From Promethearchaeota archaeon (GTDB taxonomy: Archaea > Asgardarchaeota > Lokiarchaeia > Sigyniarchaeales > SOKP01): DNA of 64,000 nucleotides. Position 1 is the stretch's first letter. Every line of letters begins with the position of its first letter. Positions 38,252 through 48,070 of the stretch are shown here, piece by piece. The notes under the pieces are model-generated. The model saw only the letters and a list, made by a program, of their open reading frames with translations, ran no database searches and was not told the origin of the DNA. The translations under genes were made by a program, and so were the position numbers. The DNA is taken from contig JAEOSU010000072.1 in NCBI GenBank assembly GCA_016840165.1, positions 64,001 to 128,000 on the forward strand. Direction: 5' to 3'.

Positions 38252-41059
38252 TCATCTTCTTAATAGTTTACGTTGTAATTCTTTATTTTTATAGTATAAT
38301 AAAATAGCGATTGGTATTAGGATCGGTAAAACATAAAAAACCATCAAATTGAACGCAGTTAACTCAAGTGCTATTTCATAATAATATTCAGCAAGGATTT
38401 CCCCTTGATTATCTTTTAGAGTAAAGGTGAATGTCTTAGATTGAAAATCATAAGGAAATATTGATGGGAGCACTTGAACGATGATTTTATTATCCCCTGG
38501 TCCTATGCCTGCAAGATTAGTTTCTACAGGGACTCCATTCACCAACATAGTAAAAGACTCTGAGATCTCTTGATTATTCCTAATTACTAAAATAAAATCA
38601 GCATATTCCCCTTGTGGAACGCTACTCGGAAATGAAACACTGATAATTTCAAATTTTGGATCGATATAAACAATGAATGATTTGTTATAAAAGACCGTTT
38701 CTCCCTTTTTTATCTTCATTATTATTTCAGTTGAATCCGCAACAATTTGATCTGAGATCTCTAAATCATAGTAAAGAGTTCTTATTTCATTCTTAGCTAA
38801 TGTGATCTCATCCAAAATATCATAAACTAAATGCTCTCCTGTGAAACTTATATTTAGTAATTGAGAACTATTTGGCAAAAAGTTTATTACTTTTAGAGAT
38901 AGTTGAATAGTGCCTCCTTTAATTGTTCTGCTATCATAAATGAAATCTCTATAATCAAATGAATGACCAATTTCAATTAATTTTATAATTTCTAAATAGA
39001 GAATAGTACCTCCAGAAAAGCTAAACCGAAGCTCATGAGGGCCTAGTTTTGCATCTAATTTCGCGGTCAAATTAAAAGTAATATTAGTCAAGACTAGAGT
39101 TTCAAGAAAGACTATCTGAGTTTCATTATAAATATCTTCTGATTCCATCGATACATTAAGTAAAACATTCTCATTACGAGTGTTATTAATTTGAAGGGTA
39201 ATATTAAGAGTTGGTCCTTGATATAATATGCTTGGTAGACCAAGTATATCCACCTCAATCAAACCTGAAACTACATTGAAGTGTTTTAGTGTAATTGCAG
39301 TTCCCATTTTTGAAGAATTTGCATAAACCCAAAGGGAATAATTATTGCCTATACTAACCAAATCAGTGATATTATACAAGAGAGTTGTAGGTGAAGAGGT
39401 TATTGGATCAGAGACAGTATCAAAAAGCGCCCCATTCTCGGGTGTTTTAAATAAATAAGTAATATCACCATCCTCGATCTCATAGATAATAGTTTTTGTT
39501 TCATAGACCTCCGTGGTGGTATTATAATATTGAATTTGGTTTTGATATGCATAAATCGAGGTTAAATTCATTATATCTTGATTGAAGATATAATCAGGAA
39601 CATTTTGAGAAACATTAAATTCAGCATCTAATAAAGTGCTATTATAAAGTTCGTATGCTTCGATATAAGCTTCACAGAGCACTAAATTTGCGTTAAAATC
39701 TTTGTCAGCATTGTAAGGATCACTAATTGAACTTCTATAGGCATTTACTGATTGATCATAAAATTCAGATTCAAATGTTTCATATAACTCCCAAGCTCGT
39801 TCATAATATGTAAAATTTCCGGTAACCTCAAAAAACCGAACACAAGCTAGCATCATTAAAGCATTTGCTTCAAGATCAATCATTCTATTTGCTCCAGCAC
39901 CACCCCAGAAGGGGTCTCTACTAAATTCATAAGCATTGTAACTGCCTCCAATATTAGGAGACCACATCTCAGTTTCCATCTTATTATATAATGCCTTCGT
40001 ATAATTAAAAAAGTCAGAATCTGGATTCATTCCCGATTCTAGCCAATATTCGATAAGTGTAATGATCCCCAACGCGTTTGTTTTAAGATACTTAAAGTTA
40101 TAACCTGGCGCTCCTGCTGTCCAATCGCGCTCGGTATATTCTTTAAAACCAATATTGGTCTGATCCCATATATCATTATCTAATAATTCAGTCATAGTTA
40201 AATTTGCCAACAATTCCGCTCTGTCTCTTATTTCAGAGTTTAAATTTAGATTATCGTATAAATTTTTAATCTTAAGACATGTTAATATCCCGTATAAATT
40301 GCTTTCAGTATATTTGTCGGTAGTTGAGTTATGATCATAAAAGCCTTTATAGGTATTATCCCAGAATATTGATGAATTTATTAACTCAAATAGTTCTTCT
40401 ATAGAGTCAACTGGAGTATTCCCATCAATATCAATCGTTGCAATTTGATCTCCAATATTATCTATGAGAAGATTGATCGCAACTAAATTATCAATTAAAT
40501 ATCTTCTATCATCAAAAATTTCATTATCTGAGTCATCCACAGACCTAATAAAACCATAATCATAAGATTGGCTATCTCCTTCATACCAAAAGGGTGAATC
40601 TCTTAAATCTAAATAGTTACTATATGTAGCAGTGGCATTCGTCTCTATTTTAAGAAGTGATTTATAAAGATATAAGTTATCCACTGGATATACCTTATCA
40701 TCTGTAATAGATCCAGTCTCATCGCCATTTCTGAAATAGGTGGATATTGGCAAATTTAAATTGGATTCATAATTTGACTGGAAAAAATACCAAATATCAC
40801 TAAAATTATCAAGAAAAGGAAACTCTAAGAGATCATCTAATCCTCCAGATAATAAAGGTGAGGATATTTCCTCTTCAAGAATTCCATTATTTTGGTCAAA
40901 TGGATTACTTTTATTTAAAATTTGATTATTAATATTATTAGAGATATATAAAATATTTAATAGCACTATAAATATGATAAAAAGCGAGAGAATGTTCCAA
41001 TTTTTTCCCATCTTCTTATTCTTCTTTATCTTAAAAAGAGAAGACCTACGTGAGTACAT
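38252..41059 (-). CDS. Large cell-surface protein: (alpha/alpha)6-barrel glycosidase-like region plus Ig-like domains, C-terminal TM
   Basis: N-terminal TM, helical repeats (e.g. DLEANALMMLAC..FFEVTGN..YYERA..LY..FE..FYD), beta-rich C-terminal half, terminal TM. Confidence 0.75.
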   Translation of the reverse strand: MYSRRSSLFKIKKNKKMGKNWNILSLFIIFIVLLNILYISNNINNQILNKSNPFDQNNGILEEEISSPLLSGGLDDLLEFPFLDNFSDIWYFFQSNYESNLNLPISTYFRNGDETGSITDDKVYPVDNLYLYKSLLKIETNATATYSNYLDLRDSPFWYEGDSQSYDYGFIRSVDDSDNEIFDDRRYLIDNLVAINLLIDNIGDQIATIDIDGNTPVDSIEELFELINSSIFWDNTYKGFYDHNSTTDKYTESNLYGILTCLKIKNLYDNLNLNSEIRDRAELLANLTMTELLDNDIWDQTNIGFKEYTERDWTAGAPGYNFKYLKTNALGIITLIEYWLESGMNPDSDFFNYTKALYNKMETEMWSPNIGGSYNAYEFSRDPFWGGAGANRMIDLEANALMMLACVRFFEVTGNFTYYERAWELYETFESEFYDQSVNAYRSSISDPYNADKDFNANLVLCEAYIEAYELYNSTLLDAEFNVSQNVPDYIFNQDIMNLTSIYAYQNQIQYYNTTTEVYETKTIIYEIEDGDITYLFKTPENGALFDTVSDPITSSPTTLLYNITDLVSIGNNYSLWVYANSSKMGTAITLKHFNVVSGLIEVDILGLPSILYQGPTLNITLQINNTRNENVLLNVSMESEDIYNETQIVFLETLVLTNITFNLTAKLDAKLGPHELRFSFSGGTILYLEIIKLIEIGHSFDYRDFIYDSRTIKGGTIQLSLKVINFLPNSSQLLNISFTGEHLVYDILDEITLAKNEIRTLYYDLEISDQIVADSTEIIMKIKKGETVFYNKSFIVYIDPKFEIISVSFPSSVPQGEYADFILVIRNNQEISESFTMLVNGVPVETNLAGIGPGDNKIIVQVLPSIFPYDFQSKTFTFTLKDNQGEILAEYYYEIALELTAFNLMVFYVLPILIPIAILLYYKNKELQRKLLRR

Positions 41060-41169
41060 AGTAAATTCTACTTTGCGTTAAAATTATTTTTAAATAATAG
41101 TTATATCTTTTAAAAAAATTTCCTTCTCTTTAAAACTTTTTTCTGAATATCTCTGTGATTTAGGAATAT

Positions 41170-42678
41170 TTAAACTGATTTCATCATCAGTTCTTGTTGG
41201 ATAATCTTTGCTAACTCTGAAATTTTAACTCTTTTCTGTTCCATAGTATCCCTTTCTCGAAGTGTTACACTATTATCATTTAAAGAATCATAATCAATTG
41301 TAACACAATAAGGTGTCCCTAATTCGTCTTGCCGGCGATAACGCTTTCCAATTGACCCCGAGGAGTCAAAAAAGGAGATTATTCGATTGTCGATCAAGGT
41401 TTTATGGACTTCTTTTGATAATTTCAATATATCTTCTTTATTTCTTACCAATGGAAAGACAGCAACAGTATTTGGAGCAAGCTCTGGAAGAAGTTTTAAA
41501 ATAATTCTCTCATCCTCTACTTCAAAGCAAGTTTCAAGCAATGTATAAATAATTCTGTCTGGTCCAAATGCAATCTCTAGTATTTGTGGTATTTCTTTTA
41601 TTTTAGGATCTGATCCCATTGGAATTGCGAAATTTTGATTTGAAAATTCACCGTGTCTTTTTAGGTCATAATCTGTACGATCATGTATACCACAGATTTC
41701 AACCCATCCAAATTGTTGGGTTTGTACTTCAAGATCCCACGCATCGTCTGCATAATGGGCCATTTCATTAGGTGAGTGTTGTCTCAAGCGTAGAGTGCCA
41801 TCCGGATAGCCTAATTTCTGAGTTAGATAATAGCCTAAATATATACAATAGGCAAAAGCAGGTTTCTTTAAAATTTGTTTTTTGATTGCCTCTTTTAAAG
41901 ACATTAGAAGTGGTATATTTTGGTTTTTTTCTTGGGATTTCCAATCTAATAGAGGTACTTTATATCCTTGAATCTCCTTAAACTCTTCAAAATTCATCTC
42001 TTGCTCCTTTCCAATAAATAATTGAAGCTCAAATTGGTCAAAAGCTCTCATACGTAGAACTTGCTGTCTTGGAGAGATTTCATTTCTATATGCTTTTCCA
42101 TATTGAAATATCTTTATTGGGTATTGTCTGCGAGCATCTTGATCTAATCTATTAAAAAGCAGATATGTGGTGGTGGCAGTTTCAGGTCTTAAATAAACAG
42201 TAACATCGCTCCCAACCTCTGTTTTTAGCATTAGATTATAGGTCTCTATTTTTCCAAGTAGAACATCGCATTTTGGACATTTAAGATTGTTTTTTTGGAT
42301 TAATTCCTCCATTTCTCCAAATGATAATCCCTCAATCATTTCATCAGGAAGTGCTTCTTGTAAAAAATTATCTGCTCTATAAAGAGTATTACAATTTTTA
42401 CATTTTAATACAGGATCTATGAAACGTTCCAGATGTCCCGAAGCGTCCCAGACAATTTCTGGCATAATAGTCGGACATTCAACTTCTCCAAAGCCATAAG
42501 CGCGTAATTCTTTTCTGAAAAGACTGAGAATATTATTTTTAAGTGCCATACCTGCCGGTCCATACGAATAGAATCCCGCTAATCCACCATATATTTCTGG
42601 AGAGGGGCCCCAAATAAACCCTCTTCTTTTAACTAAGGAATTAAAAGTGTCTATACTATCTTCAATTTTCATATCCAA
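41170..42678 (-). CDS. glyS: Glycine--tRNA ligase (alpha2, archaeal/eukaryotic type)
   Basis: EIYGG, ASGH, YLRPETA, RNEISPR, AHYA, IGKRYRRQDELGTP anticodon-binding domain. Confidence 0.97.
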   Translation of the reverse strand: MDMKIEDSIDTFNSLVKRRGFIWGPSPEIYGGLAGFYSYGPAGMALKNNILSLFRKELRAYGFGEVECPTIMPEIVWDASGHLERFIDPVLKCKNCNTLYRADNFLQEALPDEMIEGLSFGEMEELIQKNNLKCPKCDVLLGKIETYNLMLKTEVGSDVTVYLRPETATTTYLLFNRLDQDARRQYPIKIFQYGKAYRNEISPRQQVLRMRAFDQFELQLFIGKEQEMNFEEFKEIQGYKVPLLDWKSQEKNQNIPLLMSLKEAIKKQILKKPAFAYCIYLGYYLTQKLGYPDGTLRLRQHSPNEMAHYADDAWDLEVQTQQFGWVEICGIHDRTDYDLKRHGEFSNQNFAIPMGSDPKIKEIPQILEIAFGPDRIIYTLLETCFEVEDERIILKLLPELAPNTVAVFPLVRNKEDILKLSKEVHKTLIDNRIISFFDSSGSIGKRYRRQDELGTPYCVTIDYDSLNDNSVTLRERDTMEQKRVKISELAKIIQQELMMKSV

Positions 42679-42849
42679 TCACAGTATTCGCTATTAGATT
42701 TAGAAAATATTCGGTGATATTAGTAATTTTTTACGCATTTTAAATTCGAATTTAATAATATAAATTTTTATATAAGAAAAAGATAGTATTATTATAATTT
42801 TAAGATAAAATAACACATAATAAAGTTTTATTCGTCAAAGGTTGATTAT

Positions 42850-43701
42850 ATGCTATTTCAAGATTATTTTCAATTTTTCACTTTTTGGGATGCCGTTGAA
42901 TCGGGATTATATTTTATAATTGTAGGATATTATTTTCTGATCTTTGCCTATTTCCTACTTATGAGGTTTAGGACTTCTAAGAAATACTATTGGTTATTTT
43001 TCTCTCTATTATTTCTGTTTCTTGCCGCTGGGAGGGTGTTTTTTATTATTTATTATTTTTTTGCTCCAGAATTGGAAGGAACGATTAGCAACGTCGCTTT
43101 AGTAGAATTGTTGATGATCCAATATAGATTTGCTACATTCTGCACCTGGATGGGTATTGCCTCTTTAATGGGCGTTTTTGGAATATTAATATTCCCCCCT
43201 CTTACTGAAAATACTTTTGATGACTCTACTGCTGACTTCAAAATGAAGGTAAAAAAAATTTTAAAAAATCAGAAAGTGCGAATTATGTTGAGAATAACAC
43301 TTATTGCAATCCCGATTATCGTAGCAGTTCTTGCTTTGAGTCTACCCGATAGTTTACTCATGGATCCCGATTTTATTGGTAAATATGGAGTAGATCCTGG
43401 CTTAGTTTTAATATTTGAATATCCGGTGGGAAGAGCTGTTTTTAATTTTATATTATTACCATTATTTGTAGCTATTATTCCATTTCTATTTATCTATTTA
43501 GCCGTGAAAACTTTTGGAGTGTTAAGAAGATCCTATGCATTAAACGCAATCGGATTTTTTATATACTTTTTAGGTAGAATTCTTCAAGGTCTTTTTGATA
43601 GTATGAATTTACCCCATATAGAGGCAATTATGCCTCCACTTCTTATTTTATTATCTCTCCTCATCATAGTAATCGCAAACAATTATGAACAGTTGAGATA
43701 A
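42850..43701 (+). CDS. Seven-TM membrane protein of unknown function
   Basis: Seven hydrophobic segments counted by eye. Confidence 0.8.
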   Translation: MLFQDYFQFFTFWDAVESGLYFIIVGYYFLIFAYFLLMRFRTSKKYYWLFFSLLFLFLAAGRVFFIIYYFFAPELEGTISNVALVELLMIQYRFATFCTWMGIASLMGVFGILIFPPLTENTFDDSTADFKMKVKKILKNQKVRIMLRITLIAIPIIVAVLALSLPDSLLMDPDFIGKYGVDPGLVLIFEYPVGRAVFNFILLPLFVAIIPFLFIYLAVKTFGVLRRSYALNAIGFFIYFLGRILQGLFDSMNLPHIEAIMPPLLILLSLLIIVIANNYEQLR

Positions 43702-43843
43702 TTTATTTTATTCATTTTTCTTATTCAAACTTTAAATTAGCTATTCAAAATGGGAATGTACTCAAAAAACAAAAATTTATAGTAATGAAATATTTTTAAT
43801 TTTACGTCGATAGAAAGTAATTATTATTAAAGAGTTATCTTGT

Positions 43844-45469
43844 ATGTCAATTCATGGAAACCAATACGTCTTGCCTTTTTTTATCACTGAAAAAATATCG
43901 CCTATTGAAGAGAATGATGAGTTAGCATTAGCCTTCTATCTTTTAACAAAGGATGCAAATCAGTCTGATAAGATTGTTTCTTTTTCAAGATTATTATGGC
44001 CTTTTTTATGTGTTCAAGGAGTTATTAGTACACATATTATATTAGATGGACTTTTTGTCTTTTCCAAGAAGGGAAAGCTCTCCAATCCCCCCCGACAACC
44101 ATTAATCGGTCACTTACTAAGAAATATTGAGAATCGAGGTAAAATTGAGGAATTGGAGAAAATTATTGAAGTATTGACCTATGAGGATTTTGGAGCAGAA
44201 GAAATTGGAGAGGGAGAGGAATCTGAATTTCAAAATGTTTACATCGAATCCTTAGTTCCTCCTAATTACCTCCAAGCGCTAGTAAAACTAATCAGGTTAG
44301 TAGAATTCAAATCAATTTCAAATTCAATGCCTTTAGATTCAGGACTTACAACTGAAAAAGCATTAAATATTGCTGATCAATATAGAAATACTATTTCTTA
44401 TATGAAGGGAAATGCTTTACGTTGGAAATCCCAGATTGAACTTATCGAAAAAGAAACTGACAAATGGTTGATTGACTTAAATGTACAATTGAAAGATATT
44501 GAAACGCGGTATAGCTCTCAAATTAATAAAACTTCTCAGAGTATTGATGCTGCGCAAATTGAAGAACAAAAAGCTCTTGAAGGCGATAAAATTGATCAAT
44601 GGAAAGTGAATGAGAAAAAGAACCTAATTGAAAATATATCAGTTTTATTCAAAACAGCTGAAAGACACTTAGAAGAGATAATAAAAAAGAATAAGATGTT
44701 TACTCAGACAGAAATTTTAAAAAGTAAGGTCTTAGAGGATCTTTTTGAACCATTTGAGAATAATTTTAAATATTTGATTGAACAGGGCCAAAATTTTGTC
44801 CAGTCGGTAGAAAACCTTACGAAGAACTATATGGAGTTCAAAGTAAGAGTAAATCAAATAGATGCTGAAGCTAAAAAAAAATTAGATGACCTGATGAGTG
44901 ATTTAAAGACTAAATTAAAAGATCGAGACATACATCTTTCTGCTTTTATACAAGAAAAGGAAGAGAATATAAATGAAGTTGAAAAAATCAAGGCTCAAAT
45001 AGAAAAATTATCCTTTCAAATTAACAGCATCATTGAAATTAAGCAAGGAAATTGTCTTCAAGAAGCTAAAGAATTAATTTCTTGGTCTTTGGAAGATAAT
45101 CAAGCAGAATTGTTTTCACGTCCTATTCAGTGGATTTATATGCCTTTATATGTTATATTTCTTGAAGATACAAACACAAAACAAGAAAAATTCAAAGTTC
45201 TTCTTCCAGGATTTATTAAAAAGGATTTTCCACTATATTCTCATTTATCTGATGAAATGAAACAAATTCAGAATTTACTGAAGAACAAAATTGAAGACGA
45301 TATCGCATTACGGTCAAATTTCGAGTTTTCTTGTGAGAATAAAAACATAATTCATGAGAAAAATTTCCAGAAAATGATTCAAACTGGTATTTCATTGCTA
45401 CGAAGTAAAGGTGTGATTAATACCGATGTTGAAAGTATTATTAGAAAAAATATAAGTATGACACCATAA
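43844..45469 (+). CDS. Coiled-coil protein with globular ends (hypothetical)
   Basis: Central E/K/Q-rich heptad region flanked by LLWPF and IYMPLY beta-strand motifs. Confidence 0.8.
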   Translation: MSIHGNQYVLPFFITEKISPIEENDELALAFYLLTKDANQSDKIVSFSRLLWPFLCVQGVISTHIILDGLFVFSKKGKLSNPPRQPLIGHLLRNIENRGKIEELEKIIEVLTYEDFGAEEIGEGEESEFQNVYIESLVPPNYLQALVKLIRLVEFKSISNSMPLDSGLTTEKALNIADQYRNTISYMKGNALRWKSQIELIEKETDKWLIDLNVQLKDIETRYSSQINKTSQSIDAAQIEEQKALEGDKIDQWKVNEKKNLIENISVLFKTAERHLEEIIKKNKMFTQTEILKSKVLEDLFEPFENNFKYLIEQGQNFVQSVENLTKNYMEFKVRVNQIDAEAKKKLDDLMSDLKTKLKDRDIHLSAFIQEKEENINEVEKIKAQIEKLSFQINSIIEIKQGNCLQEAKELISWSLEDNQAELFSRPIQWIYMPLYVIFLEDTNTKQEKFKVLLPGFIKKDFPLYSHLSDEMKQIQNLLKNKIEDDIALRSNFEFSCENKNIIHEKNFQKMIQTGISLLRSKGVINTDVESIIRKNISMTP

Positions 45470-45491
45470 AGATTAGTAATTTTATCTTAAT

Positions 45492-46166
45492 ATGTCTAAA
45501 ACAAGAAAAACTTTCAGTAAGAAAATCCAATTGAAACGGAAATTGCTTCATAATGTTTTTTTGCAGATTCAAAAAGAGAAAGAACAGGGAACCATTAGTG
45601 AAAGTGAAGAGAAGCTCCTTCAAGAGGGCATGGTATATAAACAGATGAGATTGCCAGTAGAAAAAATAACCCCCGAATTTGAATTACAGATGAAGGAAAA
45701 AATCGAGCATAATATTTACCAAGCCTCAATAAGGGAATCCACCGAAAAAGATCTACATATTGTGGTTGATATTTATAACAAATCTTGGTTAACTTCTAAT
45801 ACCCCATTCCGTCCTATGGAAAAAGAGACATTAAAAAAAATTTTTATGGATCCAGATACAGTTTTTCTTATTGCAAGGGTTTTTGGAATAGATAGTGCAT
45901 TTGTAATCCTAGATTTTGAAGGAAAAAATAATGAATATGGGATAATTGCAGGTCTGGGAGTAATTCCTAAATTTCAAAGAAAAGGATTAGGTAGTGTTCT
46001 AGGCCTTGCTACTTGGGATTATTTTAAGAAAAAAGGAGTAAAAGAATTGCGTTGTGAAGTCTACAAGAATAATGAGATCTCAACTAACTTTATTAAAGCG
46101 CTAAATTTTGAAGAATTTGGTCAAAAAATTTATCGTAAAGAAGATTTTGAGCTTGATGATAACTAA
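45492..46166 (+). CDS. GNAT acetyltransferase (paralogue 1)
   Basis: V.PKFQRKGLG acetyl-CoA motif A, N..S..F...L.F. Confidence 0.9.
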   Translation: MSKTRKTFSKKIQLKRKLLHNVFLQIQKEKEQGTISESEEKLLQEGMVYKQMRLPVEKITPEFELQMKEKIEHNIYQASIRESTEKDLHIVVDIYNKSWLTSNTPFRPMEKETLKKIFMDPDTVFLIARVFGIDSAFVILDFEGKNNEYGIIAGLGVIPKFQRKGLGSVLGLATWDYFKKKGVKELRCEVYKNNEISTNFIKALNFEEFGQKIYRKEDFELDDN

Positions 46167-46231
46167 AGTATAATCCTTTTTATGTTTGAATCCTTTATTT
46201 ATTCAAAGTATTAACACCTATATGGAATTTA

Positions 46232-46885
46232 TTGATGTCAGATTCACGATTACAGCTTAAAAAGAGACGTTTAAGAAACTATTTTGTAAGTATTGAAACG
46301 GGCAATAAATCGAAAGAGGAAATTGAAGAAAAGATCGCTTCTGAGGGTTTAGAGTATATTCAAATGCGATTACCCGTAGAAAAAATTACGCCTGAATTTG
46401 AAGCAGAGATCAAAGAAAAGGTGGATCGGAATATTTTACATGCAAAAATACGAGAAGCTACTGAAGAGGATTTAGAAAGTGTTGCATATTTGCATAATCG
46501 AAGCTGGATGACTTCTTCAACACCCTTCCATCCTATTACAGTCGATACAATCCGAAAAATATTTGAATATCCTGAAACCACTATCCTTATCGCTAGGGTC
46601 TATGGGAGCGATTCTGGTTTTGCGATTTTAGATCTTGAAGGAGATAATCGAGAATTTGGAGTTATTGCTGGTCTTGGTGTGTTACCACGGTTTCAGCGTA
46701 AAGGATTAGGGACTGTGATTGGAATGGCAACGTGGAATCATTTCAAAGAAGTTGGTGTCAAAGAACTTAGATGTGAGGTATACAAGTCGAATTTAGTTTC
46801 CTATAATTTCATAAAATCATTAGGTTTTGAAGAATTTGGCGTTAAAACCTATAGGCCTGAGGATTTTATAATTGATGACACTTAA
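46232..46885 (+). CDS. GNAT acetyltransferase (paralogue 2)
   Basis: VLPRFQRKGLG; highly similar to the upstream gene. Confidence 0.9.
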   Translation: MMSDSRLQLKKRRLRNYFVSIETGNKSKEEIEEKIASEGLEYIQMRLPVEKITPEFEAEIKEKVDRNILHAKIREATEEDLESVAYLHNRSWMTSSTPFHPITVDTIRKIFEYPETTILIARVYGSDSGFAILDLEGDNREFGVIAGLGVLPRFQRKGLGTVIGMATWNHFKEVGVKELRCEVYKSNLVSYNFIKSLGFEEFGVKTYRPEDFIIDDT

Positions 46886-46907
46886 TTTTTATTGAGTATT
46901 CAAAATC

Positions 46908-48059
46908 ATGAATAAAATAAAGAGTATTGATATTACTAAAGGTATTTCCGTATTATTCATTATTTTCTTAAATTCAGTTAATTATTGGCTAATTCTAAAT
47001 GAAGAGTTAAAATATATTATTGCATATATCGCGATTTTAAGCGAAATTTTTGGCTCTATGCTTTTCATTTTCACTTACTCATTTGAAACCATTTTCATTC
47101 TTCAAAAAATGATTGGTAGCCCCCCAGAGAGAACATATCGAAATCAAATATTTAAAAGAGGTTTTCTTTTTATATTACTCGGTCTATTATATAATTTAAT
47201 CGTAAGTTTATTCAATGAATTCACTCTTCGAATATGGGGTTGGAATATAATCCTTTTTATAGGATTTGCTCAAATTATAGTATATTTTTCATTTAAGTTA
47301 ATTAGGTGGGCTCGATTAGTAATTGGTTTATCCATTTTAATTTTTACTCCTATATTGAGGGAATTTCTTTATTTTAACAAAAGTAATAATATTCTTTTTG
47401 AAGCATTATATTTAGTCATTATATCCCCAGATCCAAGTTTCTGCTTATTGCCGTATGCTTCGTTTTGTTTTATTGCATCCATTTTTAGTGAGTTGATTTA
47501 CCAAGCACATGCATTAGAAAACAAAAGAGCTCTCAATCTTAGTTTTATATCTACTATACGCTATGGAATTACGTTTCTAATAGCAGGTTTCGCTTTAAGT
47601 TTAACTGATTTTAATCCCCTCATCACTCCTACATTCTATGATGCCCTTAAATATCCTTTCATTGATGGTAACCCTATATTGCGTTATTATAATTTTCAAT
47701 ATATCCCCTACATGCCTGAATTCCTTTTAGAGGGGACTTCTGCATATATTTTGTTCATTATCGGAATTTTTATAATTACATTAGGGGTTGCGTTTTATTT
47801 CTCCGAGATTTCGAAAAAAAATTCTAGAGTATGTTATGGAATTAAATTTTATGGAGAAAATTCGTTAACACTAATCTTTATGCAATATATTTTCTTGCCT
47901 CTTTTTATAATTAGGATCCATATCTTCGTATTTTTTCCTCTATATTTATTATTTATCACCTTACTAAGTTATCTAATATATATTTGGAAAAAATATATCA
48001 ATAGTAAATATACCATTGAATGGATTATTGAAAAAGCTACAGTAAAAAAAAGAAGTTAG
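46908..48059 (+). CDS. HGSNAT/DUF1624-like multi-pass membrane acyltransferase-domain protein
   Basis: N-terminal IKSIDITKG (R..SID..RG-like), KRG..F, G.NSL motif, about ten TM segments. Confidence 0.65.
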   Translation: MNKIKSIDITKGISVLFIIFLNSVNYWLILNEELKYIIAYIAILSEIFGSMLFIFTYSFETIFILQKMIGSPPERTYRNQIFKRGFLFILLGLLYNLIVSLFNEFTLRIWGWNIILFIGFAQIIVYFSFKLIRWARLVIGLSILIFTPILREFLYFNKSNNILFEALYLVIISPDPSFCLLPYASFCFIASIFSELIYQAHALENKRALNLSFISTIRYGITFLIAGFALSLTDFNPLITPTFYDALKYPFIDGNPILRYYNFQYIPYMPEFLLEGTSAYILFIIGIFIITLGVAFYFSEISKKNSRVCYGIKFYGENSLTLIFMQYIFLPLFIIRIHIFVFFPLYLLFITLLSYLIYIWKKYINSKYTIEWIIEKATVKKRS

Positions 48060-48070
48060 ATATCGATCAA

